Below, in pieces: positions 9,080 through 18,393 of a stretch of 64,000 nucleotides of DNA; the first letter of the stretch is position 1; each line of letters begins with the position of its first letter. Location: positions 14,488 to 78,487 of the forward strand of contig DAOTHJ010000006.1 in the NCBI GenBank assembly GCA_035447605.1, given 5' to 3'. The notes below the pieces were generated by a model that searched no databases, was not told the origin of the DNA, and saw only the letters and a program-made list of their open reading frames with translations. Origin of the DNA: Oscillospiraceae bacterium (GTDB taxonomy: Bacteria > Bacillota > Clostridia > Oscillospirales > Ruminococcaceae). Both the position numbers and the translations under genes were made by a program.

Positions 9080-9246
9080 GCGTCTTTATCTGCCGGGTCT
9101 GCGGCGTTTCATCGCATTGCGGAAAAAAATACGAATGGAAATCCGGCGTTTCTACCCTGTCTTCCTCGTTTCTTCAGCCGATTCCGACTTTTTTCTGCTT
9201 CTTCGGAGGGATATCATGAGCGTCTTCATCTGCCCGGTCTGCGGCG
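9046..9246 (+). repeat. Direct duplication of the DUF1294/rlmA-like ATGA junction (two 61-nt copies, offset 140 nt)
   Basis: 9046-9106 and 9186-9246 differ at 3 positions by my alignment. Each copy holds the last ~9 codons of the DUF1294 gene, the ATGA, and the first ~10 codons of the methyltransferase gene. Confidence 0.85.
9076..9219 (+). CDS. Chimeric 47-codon micro-ORF created by the junction duplication (coding status unknown)
   Basis: MSVFICRVCGVSSHCGKKYEWKSGVSTLSSSFLQPIPTFFCFFGGIS*. It starts with the methyltransferase N-terminus and ends with the DUF1294 C-terminus. ATGA overlap at both ends. Confidence 0.3.
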   Translation: MSVFICRVCGVSSHCGKKYEWKSGVSTLSSSFLQPIPTFFCFFGGIS

Positions 9247-10046
9247 CGCCGCTCGAAAAAGAGGGCGGCTCTCTCCGCTGCCAAAACCGCCACTGCTTCG
9301 ATCTCGCCGCGGAGGGCTACTGCAACCTGCTGCCGGCAAACCGGAAAAATTCTAAAGAACCGGGCGACAGCCGGGAGATGGCGGCCTCCCGCTCACGCTT
9401 TTTATCGAAAGGCTACTACGCGCCGCTGCTTGAGGCGGTCTCGGAGCTCGCCGCGGAGGCCTGCGCCGGAATCTCCGCCCCGGTCGTTCTCGACTGCGGC
9501 TGCGGAGAGGGCTACTACACCGCCGGCGTTTGGGAAGCGCTCACGGAAAAGGGGCTCTCCCCGGCTGTCGCCGGATTCGACATCTCCAAGCCCTCGGTCC
9601 GGCGCGCGGCGAAACGCTCCGGAGAAATCGAGTGGGCTGTGGCCTCGGTATTTGCGATCCCGGCGCCGGATGCGTGCGCCGACCTCGTGCTCAACCTCTT
9701 TTCTCCGCTCGCGGAGGAGGAATTCCGGCGCGTGCTCAAACCCGGCGGCACGTTTCTCTATGCCGTGCCCGGCAGGCGGCACCTCTGGGGGCTTAAGGAG
9801 GCCGTCTACGACGAACCTTACGAAAACGAAGAAAGGTTGACGCCCTACGCCGGCTTCACCTACAAAGACGTGCGAAAAGTCCGCGGCACAATCTTTTTGG
9901 ACAATCCGGAGGACATCTCCGCCCTGTTTCAGATGACGCCGTATTACTGGAAGACCTCGGAGAAAGGTTCCGAAAAGGCGGCGGCGCTCGGGACACTCAC
10001 GACGGAGATCTCCTTCGACCTGCATGTTTTCACAAAAGATTTTTGA
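9216..10046 (+). CDS. RlmA-like 23S rRNA (guanine-N1)-methyltransferase with N-terminal zinc ribbon
   Basis: CPVCG...LRCQNRHCFDLAAEGYCNLL, then SAM motif VLDCGCGEGYY and C-terminal ..MTPYYWKT.. Start taken at the MSVFICPVCG ATG at 9216. Confidence 0.8.
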   Translation: MSVFICPVCGAPLEKEGGSLRCQNRHCFDLAAEGYCNLLPANRKNSKEPGDSREMAASRSRFLSKGYYAPLLEAVSELAAEACAGISAPVVLDCGCGEGYYTAGVWEALTEKGLSPAVAGFDISKPSVRRAAKRSGEIEWAVASVFAIPAPDACADLVLNLFSPLAEEEFRRVLKPGGTFLYAVPGRRHLWGLKEAVYDEPYENEERLTPYAGFTYKDVRKVRGTIFLDNPEDISALFQMTPYYWKTSEKGSEKAAALGTLTTEISFDLHVFTKDF

Positions 10047-10241
10047 GTGGCGGTCCGGCTTTTTTCGTAAATGAGTCCCCCCTGTTGCTGAAAAAACGGA
10101 GAAGGGCTCCGAAAAGGCGGCGGCGCTCGGAACGCTCACGACGGAGATCGCCTTCGACCTGCATGTTTTCACAAAAGATCTTTGAAACAGCGATCCGGCT
10201 TTTTTCGTAAAGGAGTATCCCTGTTGCTAAAATAACGGAGA
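9958..10241 (+). repeat. Head-to-tail tandem duplication (2 units of 139 nt) of the methyltransferase 3' end plus its 3' UTR
   Basis: Unit boundaries at 9958, 10097 and 10236 all carry cggaga. 6 differences over the 83 coding nt and many more in the non-coding part. Confidence 0.85.
10099..10185 (+). pseudogene. Detached second copy of the last ~28 codons of the rlmA-like gene
   Basis: Reads EKGSEKAAALGTLTTEIAFDLHVFTKDL* against EKGSEKAAALGTLTTEISFDLHVFTKDF* in the gene. An in-frame TGA at 10072 lies upstream and no start codon follows it. Confidence 0.7.
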
Positions 10242-10394
10242 GGTATTTCAAAAAAGTAGGGCCCCGGCTCCGGCAAAAAGAAAATGTTCCGCCCTGCCGC
10301 CGATACATTTTGCGGAGGAGCCTTCGGAACCGCGCGGCCAAGACCGCAAAACGGAAACCGCATTTGATTTTTTAGAATAAAGAAGGCAAAAACG

Positions 10395-10661
10395 ATGGAA
10401 TACACCTATACGCCGCACGGCGTCTGTTCGAGAAAAATCCGCTTCGATCTCTCCGAGGACGGCATCGTCACCGGCATCCGCTTCACCGGCGGCTGCGCGG
10501 GCAACCTCTCCGCAATTCCGAAGATCCTTGAGGGCTGGCCGGCGGAGAAAATCGTCTCCGTCCTCAAAGGCAACCGCTGCGGAGAGAATCCGACCTCCTG
10601 CGCCGATCAGCTCGCCCGCGCGGTCGAGGAGGCAAGGGAAAAGCTTCTCTCCGGAAAATAA
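10395..10661 (+). CDS. TSCPD-domain protein (TIGR03905-like)
   Basis: 88 aa: ..IRFTGGCAGNLSAIPKILEG....GNRCGENPTSCADQLARAV.. Confidence 0.75.
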   Translation: MEYTYTPHGVCSRKIRFDLSEDGIVTGIRFTGGCAGNLSAIPKILEGWPAEKIVSVLKGNRCGENPTSCADQLARAVEEAREKLLSGK

Positions 10662-10711
10662 AAGCATCCGCTTGGGCCACCGCCGATGCCTTCACTTGGT
10701 AAAATAATATA

Positions 10712-10766
10712 AAAAAATGCGCCCTGATCCGGCCGCTAAAAGCCGTTTCAGGGCGCATTTTTTATT
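10712..10766. terminator. Bidirectional intrinsic terminator
   Basis: aaatgcgccctga ... tcagggcgcattt stem flanked by an A-run and a T-run, between convergent genes. Confidence 0.75.
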
Positions 10767-10826
10767 TCTTTGCGGGATTTTTATGTGGTTTGCCGCGCAA
10801 CGCTATTTTATTTTCTGTTTCCGCCG

Positions 10827-11774
10827 TTAGTCCAGCGTATATTTCACGAATTCATAGCCCTGATCGCGGACGCAGTCGATCACGCTGCCGAGAACATCCG
10901 TGTTGGTCGCGGAGACGGCGTGCAGCAGAAAGATCTCCCCGTCGTGCAGGGAACCGGTGATCTTGGAGAAGGCCGTATCCAGATCGGGTTGGTCGGCGGC
11001 GTCCCAATCCTTGTAGGCGAAGCTCCAGAAAAGGCTGCGGTAGCCCATCTTTTGAAGCAAGGCGACGCTCTGCTCGGAAAACGCGCCCTCCGGAAAACGC
11101 CAGAGATACATGCTGTAACCGAAGTTATCCTGAATATAATTGTGACAGTCCGCGATCTCGGCGTAGGCCTCCTCAAGCGCGATCTCCGTGAAATTTTTGT
11201 GACGCGCCGAATGGTTGCCGACGATATGGCCCTCGTCGATCATGCGCTGAATCAGCTCCGGCTCGCTCTTTGCGTAAGGAAGCGTGACAAAGAAGACGGC
11301 GCTGACGCCCTTTTCTTTCAATGTGTCGAGGATGGCCGCGGTGTAGCCGTTTTCATAGCCCTCGTCGAAGGTGAGATAGACTTTTCCTTTATATTCGTCG
11401 CCGGAGCGGAGAAAGTCGGCGTCATATTTGCCGTACAGCGCTTGTAATTGAACGCAGGCGATCGGCTTTCCTTCCGAATTAAAATTCACGCCCGGGCCCC
11501 ACGGCACACTTTCGGCGCTGAGATCCGCGATCTCCACAAAATCCTCGCCCATCGCCTCCAGCGCGCGGAGGTTGTTGATATAGGTCTCATCCTCCGGCTC
11601 GGAGGAAGTCTCCGGCTCGGTTTCGGATTCGATCTCCGGCTCCACCGGCGTGATGACGAGCTCCGCATCCCCGGTGAGCGTTGCGGAACCCTGCTCTCTC
11701 TGCTTTCCGCAGCCGGATGCAGCGAGAAGAAGGATCAGCGCCAGAAAGGCGGATATCATACGGATTGTTTTCAT
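10827..11774 (-). CDS. Polysaccharide deacetylase lipoprotein (PdaA-like)
   Basis: Lipobox LLAASGCG, acidic linker, then a NodB domain: VYLTFDEGYENGYT ... HIVGNHSARH ... LWRFPEG. Confidence 0.8.
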   Translation of the reverse strand: MKTIRMISAFLALILLLAASGCGKQREQGSATLTGDAELVITPVEPEIESETEPETSSEPEDETYINNLRALEAMGEDFVEIADLSAESVPWGPGVNFNSEGKPIACVQLQALYGKYDADFLRSGDEYKGKVYLTFDEGYENGYTAAILDTLKEKGVSAVFFVTLPYAKSEPELIQRMIDEGHIVGNHSARHKNFTEIALEEAYAEIADCHNYIQDNFGYSMYLWRFPEGAFSEQSVALLQKMGYRSLFWSFAYKDWDAADQPDLDTAFSKITGSLHDGEIFLLHAVSATNTDVLGSVIDCVRDQGYEFVKYTLD

Positions 11775-12049
11775 GGGATGCTCCCTTCTCCGGCAGAATC
11801 GGGTTCCGGCTGCCGGCGGCCTGCTTTCGCGGTTTCGACCGCTTCCGATCTTATTTTACCACAAAATCGATTCCAAAAAAGCGGAGAATCCATTTTTGCC
11901 TGTAGTATGCCCCGAAAAAATCTGGAATCGCGAGAAAATCTTGCTACGGCTTGCTTTTTTCTCCCGGCTGTTTTATGATTTTTTGAGACGATATAAAAAG
12001 CGCCGCGGCGGACGGTTTGGCTCCGCCTCGGGAAGAAAGAGAGGCCTTC

Positions 12050-12754
12050 GTGGGAAAGAACTACCATTTTTTATTCTGGGATGTAGACCAGACGCTGCTG
12101 GACTTCAAAAAATCCGAAAGCTACGCCCTCCGGGAGACGTTCCGGAACTTCGGCCGCGACGTGGATGACGAGAGCATCTCCCTCTACTCCGGCATCAACG
12201 AGAGCCTCTGGAAACGCTTTGAGCGCGGCGAGATCGCGAAGGAGGAACTGAAACTCGAGCGCTTCCGGATTCTCTTCCGGGAACTCCGGATCACGGAGAT
12301 CGGCGTCGCGGAATTTCAGGAGATCTATCAGGCGGCGCTCGGCGGCGTCTGTTATTACAGGGATGATTCCTATACGCTCTGTACGTCGCTCAGCAAAAAT
12401 TACCGGCAGTATGTGGTTTCCAACGGCGTCGGCGTGACGCAGCGCCGGAAAATGGAGCTCTCCGGCTTCGGAAACCTGATGGACGGCGTCTTCATCTCTG
12501 AGGAGGTCGGCGTACCGAAGCCGTACCGGGCGTTTTACGACTTCTGCTTTGGCGGCATCCCGGCATTCGAGCCGGAATCCGCGCTCGCCATCGGCGATTC
12601 GTTGACGAGCGACATCCGCGGCGCGCACGCGGCCGGCATCGACGCCTGCTGGTACAACCCAGAGAGGCTCCCTTTTTCCGGAGAACCGGAGGACGCGCCG
12701 GAATACGAGATCCGGAATCTCTGGGAGATTAAAAAAATCCTCGGAGAAGAATAA
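12050..12754 (+). CDS. HAD-superfamily hydrolase (YjjG-like 5'-nucleotidase type)
   Basis: FLFWDVDQTLLDF (DxDxT), ..VVSNG.., ..AIGDSLTSDIRGA... GTG start at 12050 after GAAAGAGAGG. The longest ORF starts at 12017. Confidence 0.7.
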   Translation: MGKNYHFLFWDVDQTLLDFKKSESYALRETFRNFGRDVDDESISLYSGINESLWKRFERGEIAKEELKLERFRILFRELRITEIGVAEFQEIYQAALGGVCYYRDDSYTLCTSLSKNYRQYVVSNGVGVTQRRKMELSGFGNLMDGVFISEEVGVPKPYRAFYDFCFGGIPAFEPESALAIGDSLTSDIRGAHAAGIDACWYNPERLPFSGEPEDAPEYEIRNLWEIKKILGEE

Positions 12755-13114
12755 AGCCGCCCGCAAAAAAACGGAACCATATAGGAAAACTTAAAGGCAT
12801 CCCGGAAAATCGGTGCTTTGGCCAAACGCAGATGCCTCGTTCCGGAAAACCCGGAGGTTGTCTCAGATTCCAGCTCAGGCTTTTTCTCGGTACGGGCGCG
12901 AAACGGAAAGCTTAAAGGACGCTTTTCGTGCTCCGGCGCGGCGATTCTCTTCGGTACGGGTTCGGAACGGAAAATTTTTCTCCGCGGCGGGACAAACCAT
13001 ACGGGGCCGCCCGCGATGGCATTCTTCGGAAGAATGTCTTGGAGAGGCGGCAATATCTCTTTTTGTTTGGGGCGCCGGAGCCAAAACCGGAGTCGGCGCG
13101 GCCCATGATCCCAT

Positions 13115-13160
13115 AAAAAATGCCCCGCGGAAAATTCTCCGCGGGGCATTTTGTTTTTTT
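13115..13160. terminator. Bidirectional intrinsic terminator
   Basis: aatgccccgcgga / tccgcggggcatt stem, with A-run upstream and T-run downstream. Confidence 0.75.
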
Positions 13161-13161
13161 A

Positions 13162-13611
13162 TTATTTCAGGTTGAGCAAAACCAGCCCGCCGACGCACAG
13201 CAGCGCGCCGAGCAGTTGTTTCAGGCTGAGCGCCTCGTGAAAAAACAGGAGGCCGATGACCAGCAGACAGACCGCAAGCGCAATATTGGTGACGAGCGAG
13301 CCGATGCTGATATCCCATCCGGCGCGGTAGAGGCTGATGGAACCGAACTCAAGCCCGACGATGACGACGCCCAGCAGCCAACCGGTCCAGTTGACCTGCC
13401 GGACGGCCGCGGCGAATCCCTGCGTACCTACGGCCGCGAGGGAGAGCACAAGGCAGGCCGCCGCCGAGACCAGATAGGTGACGGAGAGCGTCACAAACGG
13501 GTTGACTCCGGCGGGTGTGATTTTTGCGAGCAGATGATAACAAACGTTTCCGCCGACGATCAGCAGCGCCGGCCAGAGATAATTCCACATGCAGCGTTTT
13601 TCCTCCGTCAT
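13162..13611 (-). CDS. Small EamA-like (DMT superfamily) membrane protein
   Basis: 149 aa with about 5 hydrophobic helices and a C-terminal ..FFHEALSLKQLLGALLCVGGLVLL.. segment typical of an EamA half-domain. Confidence 0.6.
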   Translation of the reverse strand: MTEEKRCMWNYLWPALLIVGGNVCYHLLAKITPAGVNPFVTLSVTYLVSAAACLVLSLAAVGTQGFAAAVRQVNWTGWLLGVVIVGLEFGSISLYRAGWDISIGSLVTNIALAVCLLVIGLLFFHEALSLKQLLGALLCVGGLVLLNLK

Positions 13612-13661
13612 GTTAAAATATCGTCAAGATGGCTAAAAAAGCCATCCGTTTTTTCATCATT

Positions 13662-14858
13662 TCACTCCCTGATAACCTGCCAGCGGTACTCCATGCCGCA
13701 GGGGCCGGGATACGGGAGACAGAGCTGGTACAAATCTTCCGCGCGGCTCTCCAGTTCCGCAAAGAGCGCCGCCTCGGGAGAGGTTTTTTCGAGATCCGCA
13801 AGCGAGCACAGAATTGGGATACCGGTCGGGTGCTGCGCCGCCTCTTTGAGCACGGCGGCGCCGGTCTCGTTCATGGCGAGCACGCGGCAATAAGGCGGGC
13901 CGCCGAGGTTGAGCACGGAAAGATCCATGCCGGTGAAGGCCGCCGCCGCAATGCGCCGGATGCGGCTCATGGCGTAGCGCTTCGTCTTGGCGAGCTCATA
14001 AAATTCCGAAAGCGTGCCGGCTTTTCGCGCGGCATCGTACACGCGGTGATAAAACCCTTCGGCGGCGCAGTCGGGCAGCCGGGCGAAGTCCTCCTCGGAG
14101 AGCGTGCGGAGTTTTGCCAGCACGGCGGTCGCGAGCTTTTCCGGATCGGCGGGAAATTTTCCGGCCGCGCAGCCCTCCGCCAGCACCTCATAAGCCGCCT
14201 CCGGCATATAGGGGCGCATCTCCTCCGGCTCGGAAAAGCTGCGTAGATACGAGGCGGAGACGATGCCGGAACGCGCGGCCGTCATTTCGCCGTGCCCCGC
14301 GCCGTAGCGCCGGATCGTCAGGATTTCGGTTTGAGGCGTCAGCTTCCGCACCCATTTGCAGTACTCGGCGCCGAGGGAATCGTTGGGATTTTTGAGGAGA
14401 TCGGCCTTCTCCGGCAAAATTCTCCGGACGGCCTCCTCCCGCGCCGCGGCCATCGAGATGCCGCCAGCGAGGCAGGATTTCAGCGTCTCCGCATACTCCG
14501 GCGAAGAGAGAACCTCCGAGACGGCCCATATGCCCTCTCGGTCTCCACTCTCGCTGCCGAAGGAGAGCAGATCGATGCAGCCCAGAGCCGCGAGCAGCGA
14601 GACTCCGCCGAAAGCGAACCGCTCCGCGCTGCCGATCGCGTAGGGAAGCGGAAGCTCGAGGATCAGGTCGGCGCCGCACCGCAGAGCCGCCTTTGCGCGA
14701 AGCTCCTTCGGGCAAAAAGCGGGTTCGCCCCGCTGGGTGAAATCCCCGCCGAGGACGGCCACAACCGCCTCCGCGTCGGCCGCTTTTGTTTGTTTGATCT
14801 GATAGGCGTGGCCGTTGTGGAACGGATCGTATTCCGCGATGATCCCGGCGATTTTCAT
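13662..14858 (-). CDS. tmcAL: tRNA(Met) cytidine acetate ligase (UPF0348 / YlbM family nucleotidyltransferase)
   Basis: MKIAGIIAEYDPFHNGHAYQI... N-terminal HxGH nucleotidyltransferase motif and a family-typical length (398 aa). Confidence 0.8.
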   Translation of the reverse strand: MKIAGIIAEYDPFHNGHAYQIKQTKAADAEAVVAVLGGDFTQRGEPAFCPKELRAKAALRCGADLILELPLPYAIGSAERFAFGGVSLLAALGCIDLLSFGSESGDREGIWAVSEVLSSPEYAETLKSCLAGGISMAAAREEAVRRILPEKADLLKNPNDSLGAEYCKWVRKLTPQTEILTIRRYGAGHGEMTAARSGIVSASYLRSFSEPEEMRPYMPEAAYEVLAEGCAAGKFPADPEKLATAVLAKLRTLSEEDFARLPDCAAEGFYHRVYDAARKAGTLSEFYELAKTKRYAMSRIRRIAAAAFTGMDLSVLNLGGPPYCRVLAMNETGAAVLKEAAQHPTGIPILCSLADLEKTSPEAALFAELESRAEDLYQLCLPYPGPCGMEYRWQVIRE

Positions 14859-14929
14859 ATCCGTTCCCCCTCAAATTAACAGATTTCATGCAAAAAATGC
14901 CTAAAATTGCCTGTAAAGCTGTATGGGAC

Positions 14930-14958
14930 TTGAATTTTTACCCATAGTGTAATAATAT
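14930..14958 (+). promoter_or_regulatory. Candidate sigma-A promoter of ackA
   Basis: TTGAAT (14930-14935), 17 nt, TAATAT (14953-14958). Confidence 0.4.
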
Positions 14959-15028
14959 AGAAATGTTGTGATGACGTCAAGTACGCCGTCAACCAAATAA
15001 AACGGATTTATTATTTGGAGGTAGGAAT

Positions 15029-16231
15029 ATGAAAGTACTGGTTATCAACGCCGGAAGCTCCTCCCTTAAGTATCAGCTTATCGAGATGGACAACGAAGAG
15101 GTCGTTGCGAAGGGCCTCTGCGAGAGGATCGGCCTCGGCGGACACATCAGCCATAAGACCAAAGCCGGCTTTGCGACCGAATACGATGTCGACTTCCCGA
15201 CGCACAAGGAAGCTTTCATCGAGCTCGTCAAGCTGCTCACCACCGGAGAAAACAAAGTTGTCTGCGACATCGGTGAAATTAAGGCCATCGGGCACCGCGT
15301 GCTCCACGGCTCCGAAAAATATAAGACCTCCACGCTGATCACCGACGAAGTGATCGAGGATATCGGCGTCAAATTCAAGGATCTCGGCCCGCTGCACAAT
15401 CCGCCCCAGGCCGTCGCCATGAAAGCCTGCCAGGAAGTTTTCGGCAAGGAAGTTCCGATGGTTGCCGTTTTCGACACCTCCTTCCATCAGACCATGCCGC
15501 CGAAGGCCTATATGTTCGGCATCCCGTACGAGTATTATGAGAAATACTCCATCCGCCGCTACGGCTTCCACGGAACCAGCCACCGCTACATCACCAAGCG
15601 CTATTTTGAGATCACCGGCAAAAAGCCGGAGGGCACCAAGCTCGTCATCTGCCACCTCGGCAACGGCTCCAGCCTCTCCGCGGTCAAGGACGGCAAAGTC
15701 CTCGATACCTCCATGGGACTCACCCCGCTTGACGGCTTCATCATGGGCACCCGCTGCGGCGGCATCGATCCTTCCGTCGTCACCTATGTGATGGGTAAGG
15801 AAAACCTCACCCCCGAAAACATGTCCAACCTGATGAATAAGAAATCCGGCTTCCTCGGCATCTCCGGCATCTCCAACGACTGCCGCGACCTTCAGGCCGC
15901 CGCTGCGGAAGGCAATGAGCGCGCGCAGCTCGCTCTGGATATGTTCACTTACCAGATCAAGAAATTCGTCGGCGGCTACGCGGCTGCGATGGGCGGCATC
16001 GACGCCATCATCTTCACCGGCGGCATCGGCGAAAATTCCAACTCCATCCGCTCCGAAATCTGCTCCGATATGGAGTTTCTCGGCCTCTCCATCGGCGAAG
16101 AGCTCAACAAAAACGCCAGCCGCAAGGAGAGCAAGTTCTCCTCCGCGGAGAGCAAAGTCGAGGCCTGGGTCATTCCGACCAACGAAGAGATCATGATTGC
16201 CCGCGATACCGTCGAAAAAGTATTCGGCTGA
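15029..16231 (+). CDS. ackA: Acetate kinase
   Basis: MKVLVINAGSSSLKYQL..., ..GHRVLHG.., ..RRYGFHGTSH.., ..EEIMIARD.. Full length, 400 aa. Confidence 0.95.
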   Translation: MKVLVINAGSSSLKYQLIEMDNEEVVAKGLCERIGLGGHISHKTKAGFATEYDVDFPTHKEAFIELVKLLTTGENKVVCDIGEIKAIGHRVLHGSEKYKTSTLITDEVIEDIGVKFKDLGPLHNPPQAVAMKACQEVFGKEVPMVAVFDTSFHQTMPPKAYMFGIPYEYYEKYSIRRYGFHGTSHRYITKRYFEITGKKPEGTKLVICHLGNGSSLSAVKDGKVLDTSMGLTPLDGFIMGTRCGGIDPSVVTYVMGKENLTPENMSNLMNKKSGFLGISGISNDCRDLQAAAAEGNERAQLALDMFTYQIKKFVGGYAAAMGGIDAIIFTGGIGENSNSIRSEICSDMEFLGLSIGEELNKNASRKESKFSSAESKVEAWVIPTNEEIMIARDTVEKVFG

Positions 16232-16248
16232 GTTTTCACCCACCACGA

Positions 16249-16282
16249 AAAAATACCAGCCTCATCGGCTGGTATTTTTGTC
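16249..16282 (+). terminator. Intrinsic terminator of ackA
   Basis: aaaataccagcc / ggctggtatttt stem followed by a T-run. Confidence 0.8.
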
Positions 16283-16346
16283 TTGCGAGATTTTTGCTTC
16301 CTTGGAGAGAGACGATGCGTGGACGGCGGTTCAAAAACCGATGCCG

Positions 16347-16571
16347 TCAGCCCGCCTGGGATGCGGTGCCCGGCTCGTAATCCTTAAAGAGCAGGGAAAT
16401 GCTCCAGATTCCGCCGAGCCCCACCAGCGTGTAGATGATCCGGCTGATCAGCATCGCCGCGCCGCCGAACAGCCACGCGACCAGATCAAACTGGAACAGA
16501 CCGATCAGCCCCCAGTTGATCGCGCCGATGATCACCAGCGTCAGGGCAAACTTATCCAATGCGTTCATCAT
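16347..16571 (-). CDS. DUF378 small membrane protein
   Basis: MMNALDKFALTLVIIGAINWGLIGLFQFDLVAWLFGG.. is typical of DUF378. 74 aa. Confidence 0.8.
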   Translation of the reverse strand: MMNALDKFALTLVIIGAINWGLIGLFQFDLVAWLFGGAAMLISRIIYTLVGLGGIWSISLLFKDYEPGTASQAG

Positions 16572-17042
16572 AAAAAACAGCTCCTTGTCTTTATTTTGCC
16601 GATAGTATCTGCAAAAAATGGATGAAATATTCCGAGGAGGCCGTTTGACCGTGAAAAGCATCACAAAAGTGTGATAAAATGCAAAAAAAGCGCCGGAAAA
16701 TTGCCTCTTGCACGCACTGTATAGAAAGAGCATCCGTGCGCGCTTCCGGAACCGCGGCGGAATTTTTCGGCGGCCGCGATCCGGCCCACAGAAGATGCGG
16801 ATTCCGCATCCGGCGTTTTTTCTTGATTTTATTCGCAGGAAAGGCGGCTCAGGGAGCTTCCGGTATAAAAACCTTTTCCCTTCCGGCCTCTCCCCGGCCT
16901 TCAGTCGTTTAGACAACTATGACGTCCCGCGGCCGGCGTTTTTCCCTGTTTTTCGCCTGCGGGGAGGATATTTTTTCTTCTCAAACGGACGTTTGAAACC
17001 CAAAAATGCAAAATGAAATCCAAACAGAAAAGGACTATCTCC

Positions 17043-18380
17043 ATGAAAAAACTTCTCTGCGCGGTGTGTTCCGTGTATCTTCTTCTCTTTTCAGCCTTCC
17101 CCGCCTACGCAGATACGCTCACCCCGCCTTCCACCTATTCCGAGGCGTACTGCGTCATGGACGCGGATACCGGCCAGGTATTGGTCGGCAAAAGTATACA
17201 TACCGAGATGTATCCCGCCAGCGTGACGAAGATCCTGACCGCAGCGATGGCGCTTGAGGTGCTGAGTCCGTCGGACAGCTACACCTTCTCCAAAGAGGCG
17301 GCGACCTACGATCACAGCTCCACCCATCTCGCCTTCTCCGAGGGCGAGGTCTGCAAGGTCGAGGATCTGCTCTACGGCGCGATGGTGGAATCCGCCAACG
17401 ACTGTGCGCAGGGGCTTGCCGACGCGGCCGCCGGTTCGATCGACGACTTTGTGGCGCAGATGAACGAAAAGCTCGCGGCGCTTCACTGCGGGGACAGCCA
17501 CTTCGCCAACCCGACCGGCATGCCGGATCCTTCCCATTACACCTCCGCCTATGATCTGTGCCTCATCACGAAATACGCGCTGACGGTCAAGGGCTTCGAG
17601 ACCTACTTCGACGCGTGGGAATGGACGATCGCTCCGACCAAAAAACAGAGTGAATCCCGTGTGATGGGCACCCACCACGCGATGATCGTCGGATCGGAAA
17701 ACAACGGCGCCTTCGGCTACGACTACGCCACCGGCGGAAAGCTCGGCTGGACGGAGGAGGCCAAGCACACGATCGTCACGGTTGCGGAAAAGGACGGCGT
17801 GCGGCTGATCTGCGTGGCGCTGAAAAGCACCAGCAAATACGATAAATACAAGGATTCCATCGCCTTGTTCGATTACTGCTTTGAGAATTTCTACGGAGTC
17901 GACTACGCTCTGGACTGCGCCGGCGGCATCGAAAGCAGCGATGGCATGGCCGAATACACCTATCCGGACAGCATCCGCCTGCTGCTGACGGGCGGCCTCA
18001 CCGCCGCCGACGTCACCGCGGACTACACCCATGAGGCGGACGCGGACAACCCCTATATTACGCTCACGGTGCCGGAGAGCTCCGCCATGCGCTCCGACAT
18101 TCTGACCTGCTACCCGGAGGAGGCCGCCGCCGTATCTGCCGAGGCGGAAAAGCCCGAGGCCGATCCCGCTCCGGAGACGGAAAAGCTTTCCGTCCCCTGG
18201 TGGGGCTGGGTGGCGGTACCGCTCGGCACGCTCCTGCTCTTGGCCGCCGCCGTGTTCTGCATCCGCTGCTACAATATCCGCAAATACCGCCGACTGCGCA
18301 TGGAGAAACAAAGAAGGCTCGTACAGAGAGAGAAACTCCGCAGCGGAGCCTCTTCATCCGACGAACCCGATTCCTTTTGA
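17043..18380 (+). CDS. Serine-type D-Ala-D-Ala carboxypeptidase (PBP5/DacB-like) with C-terminal membrane anchor
   Basis: Signal peptide, SVTK (SxxK) motif, ESAND (SxN) motif and a C-terminal TM helix. An alternative start lies at 17013. Confidence 0.8.
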   Translation: MKKLLCAVCSVYLLLFSAFPAYADTLTPPSTYSEAYCVMDADTGQVLVGKSIHTEMYPASVTKILTAAMALEVLSPSDSYTFSKEAATYDHSSTHLAFSEGEVCKVEDLLYGAMVESANDCAQGLADAAAGSIDDFVAQMNEKLAALHCGDSHFANPTGMPDPSHYTSAYDLCLITKYALTVKGFETYFDAWEWTIAPTKKQSESRVMGTHHAMIVGSENNGAFGYDYATGGKLGWTEEAKHTIVTVAEKDGVRLICVALKSTSKYDKYKDSIALFDYCFENFYGVDYALDCAGGIESSDGMAEYTYPDSIRLLLTGGLTAADVTADYTHEADADNPYITLTVPESSAMRSDILTCYPEEAAAVSAEAEKPEADPAPETEKLSVPWWGWVAVPLGTLLLLAAAVFCIRCYNIRKYRRLRMEKQRRLVQREKLRSGASSSDEPDSF

Positions 18381-18393
18381 GATGAGATGATAA

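Noticed and set aside
16805-16970. A repeated ~35-nt motif (ccggcgttttttcttgattttattcgcaggaaagg at about 16811 and ccggcgtttttccctgtttttcgcctgcggggagg at about 16932, offset about 121 nt) in the divergent spacer between the DUF378 and carboxypeptidase genes.
   Set aside because: The similarity is short and T-rich and does not extend into the flanks, so I could not distinguish it from chance. It is not reported as a member of the duplication series.
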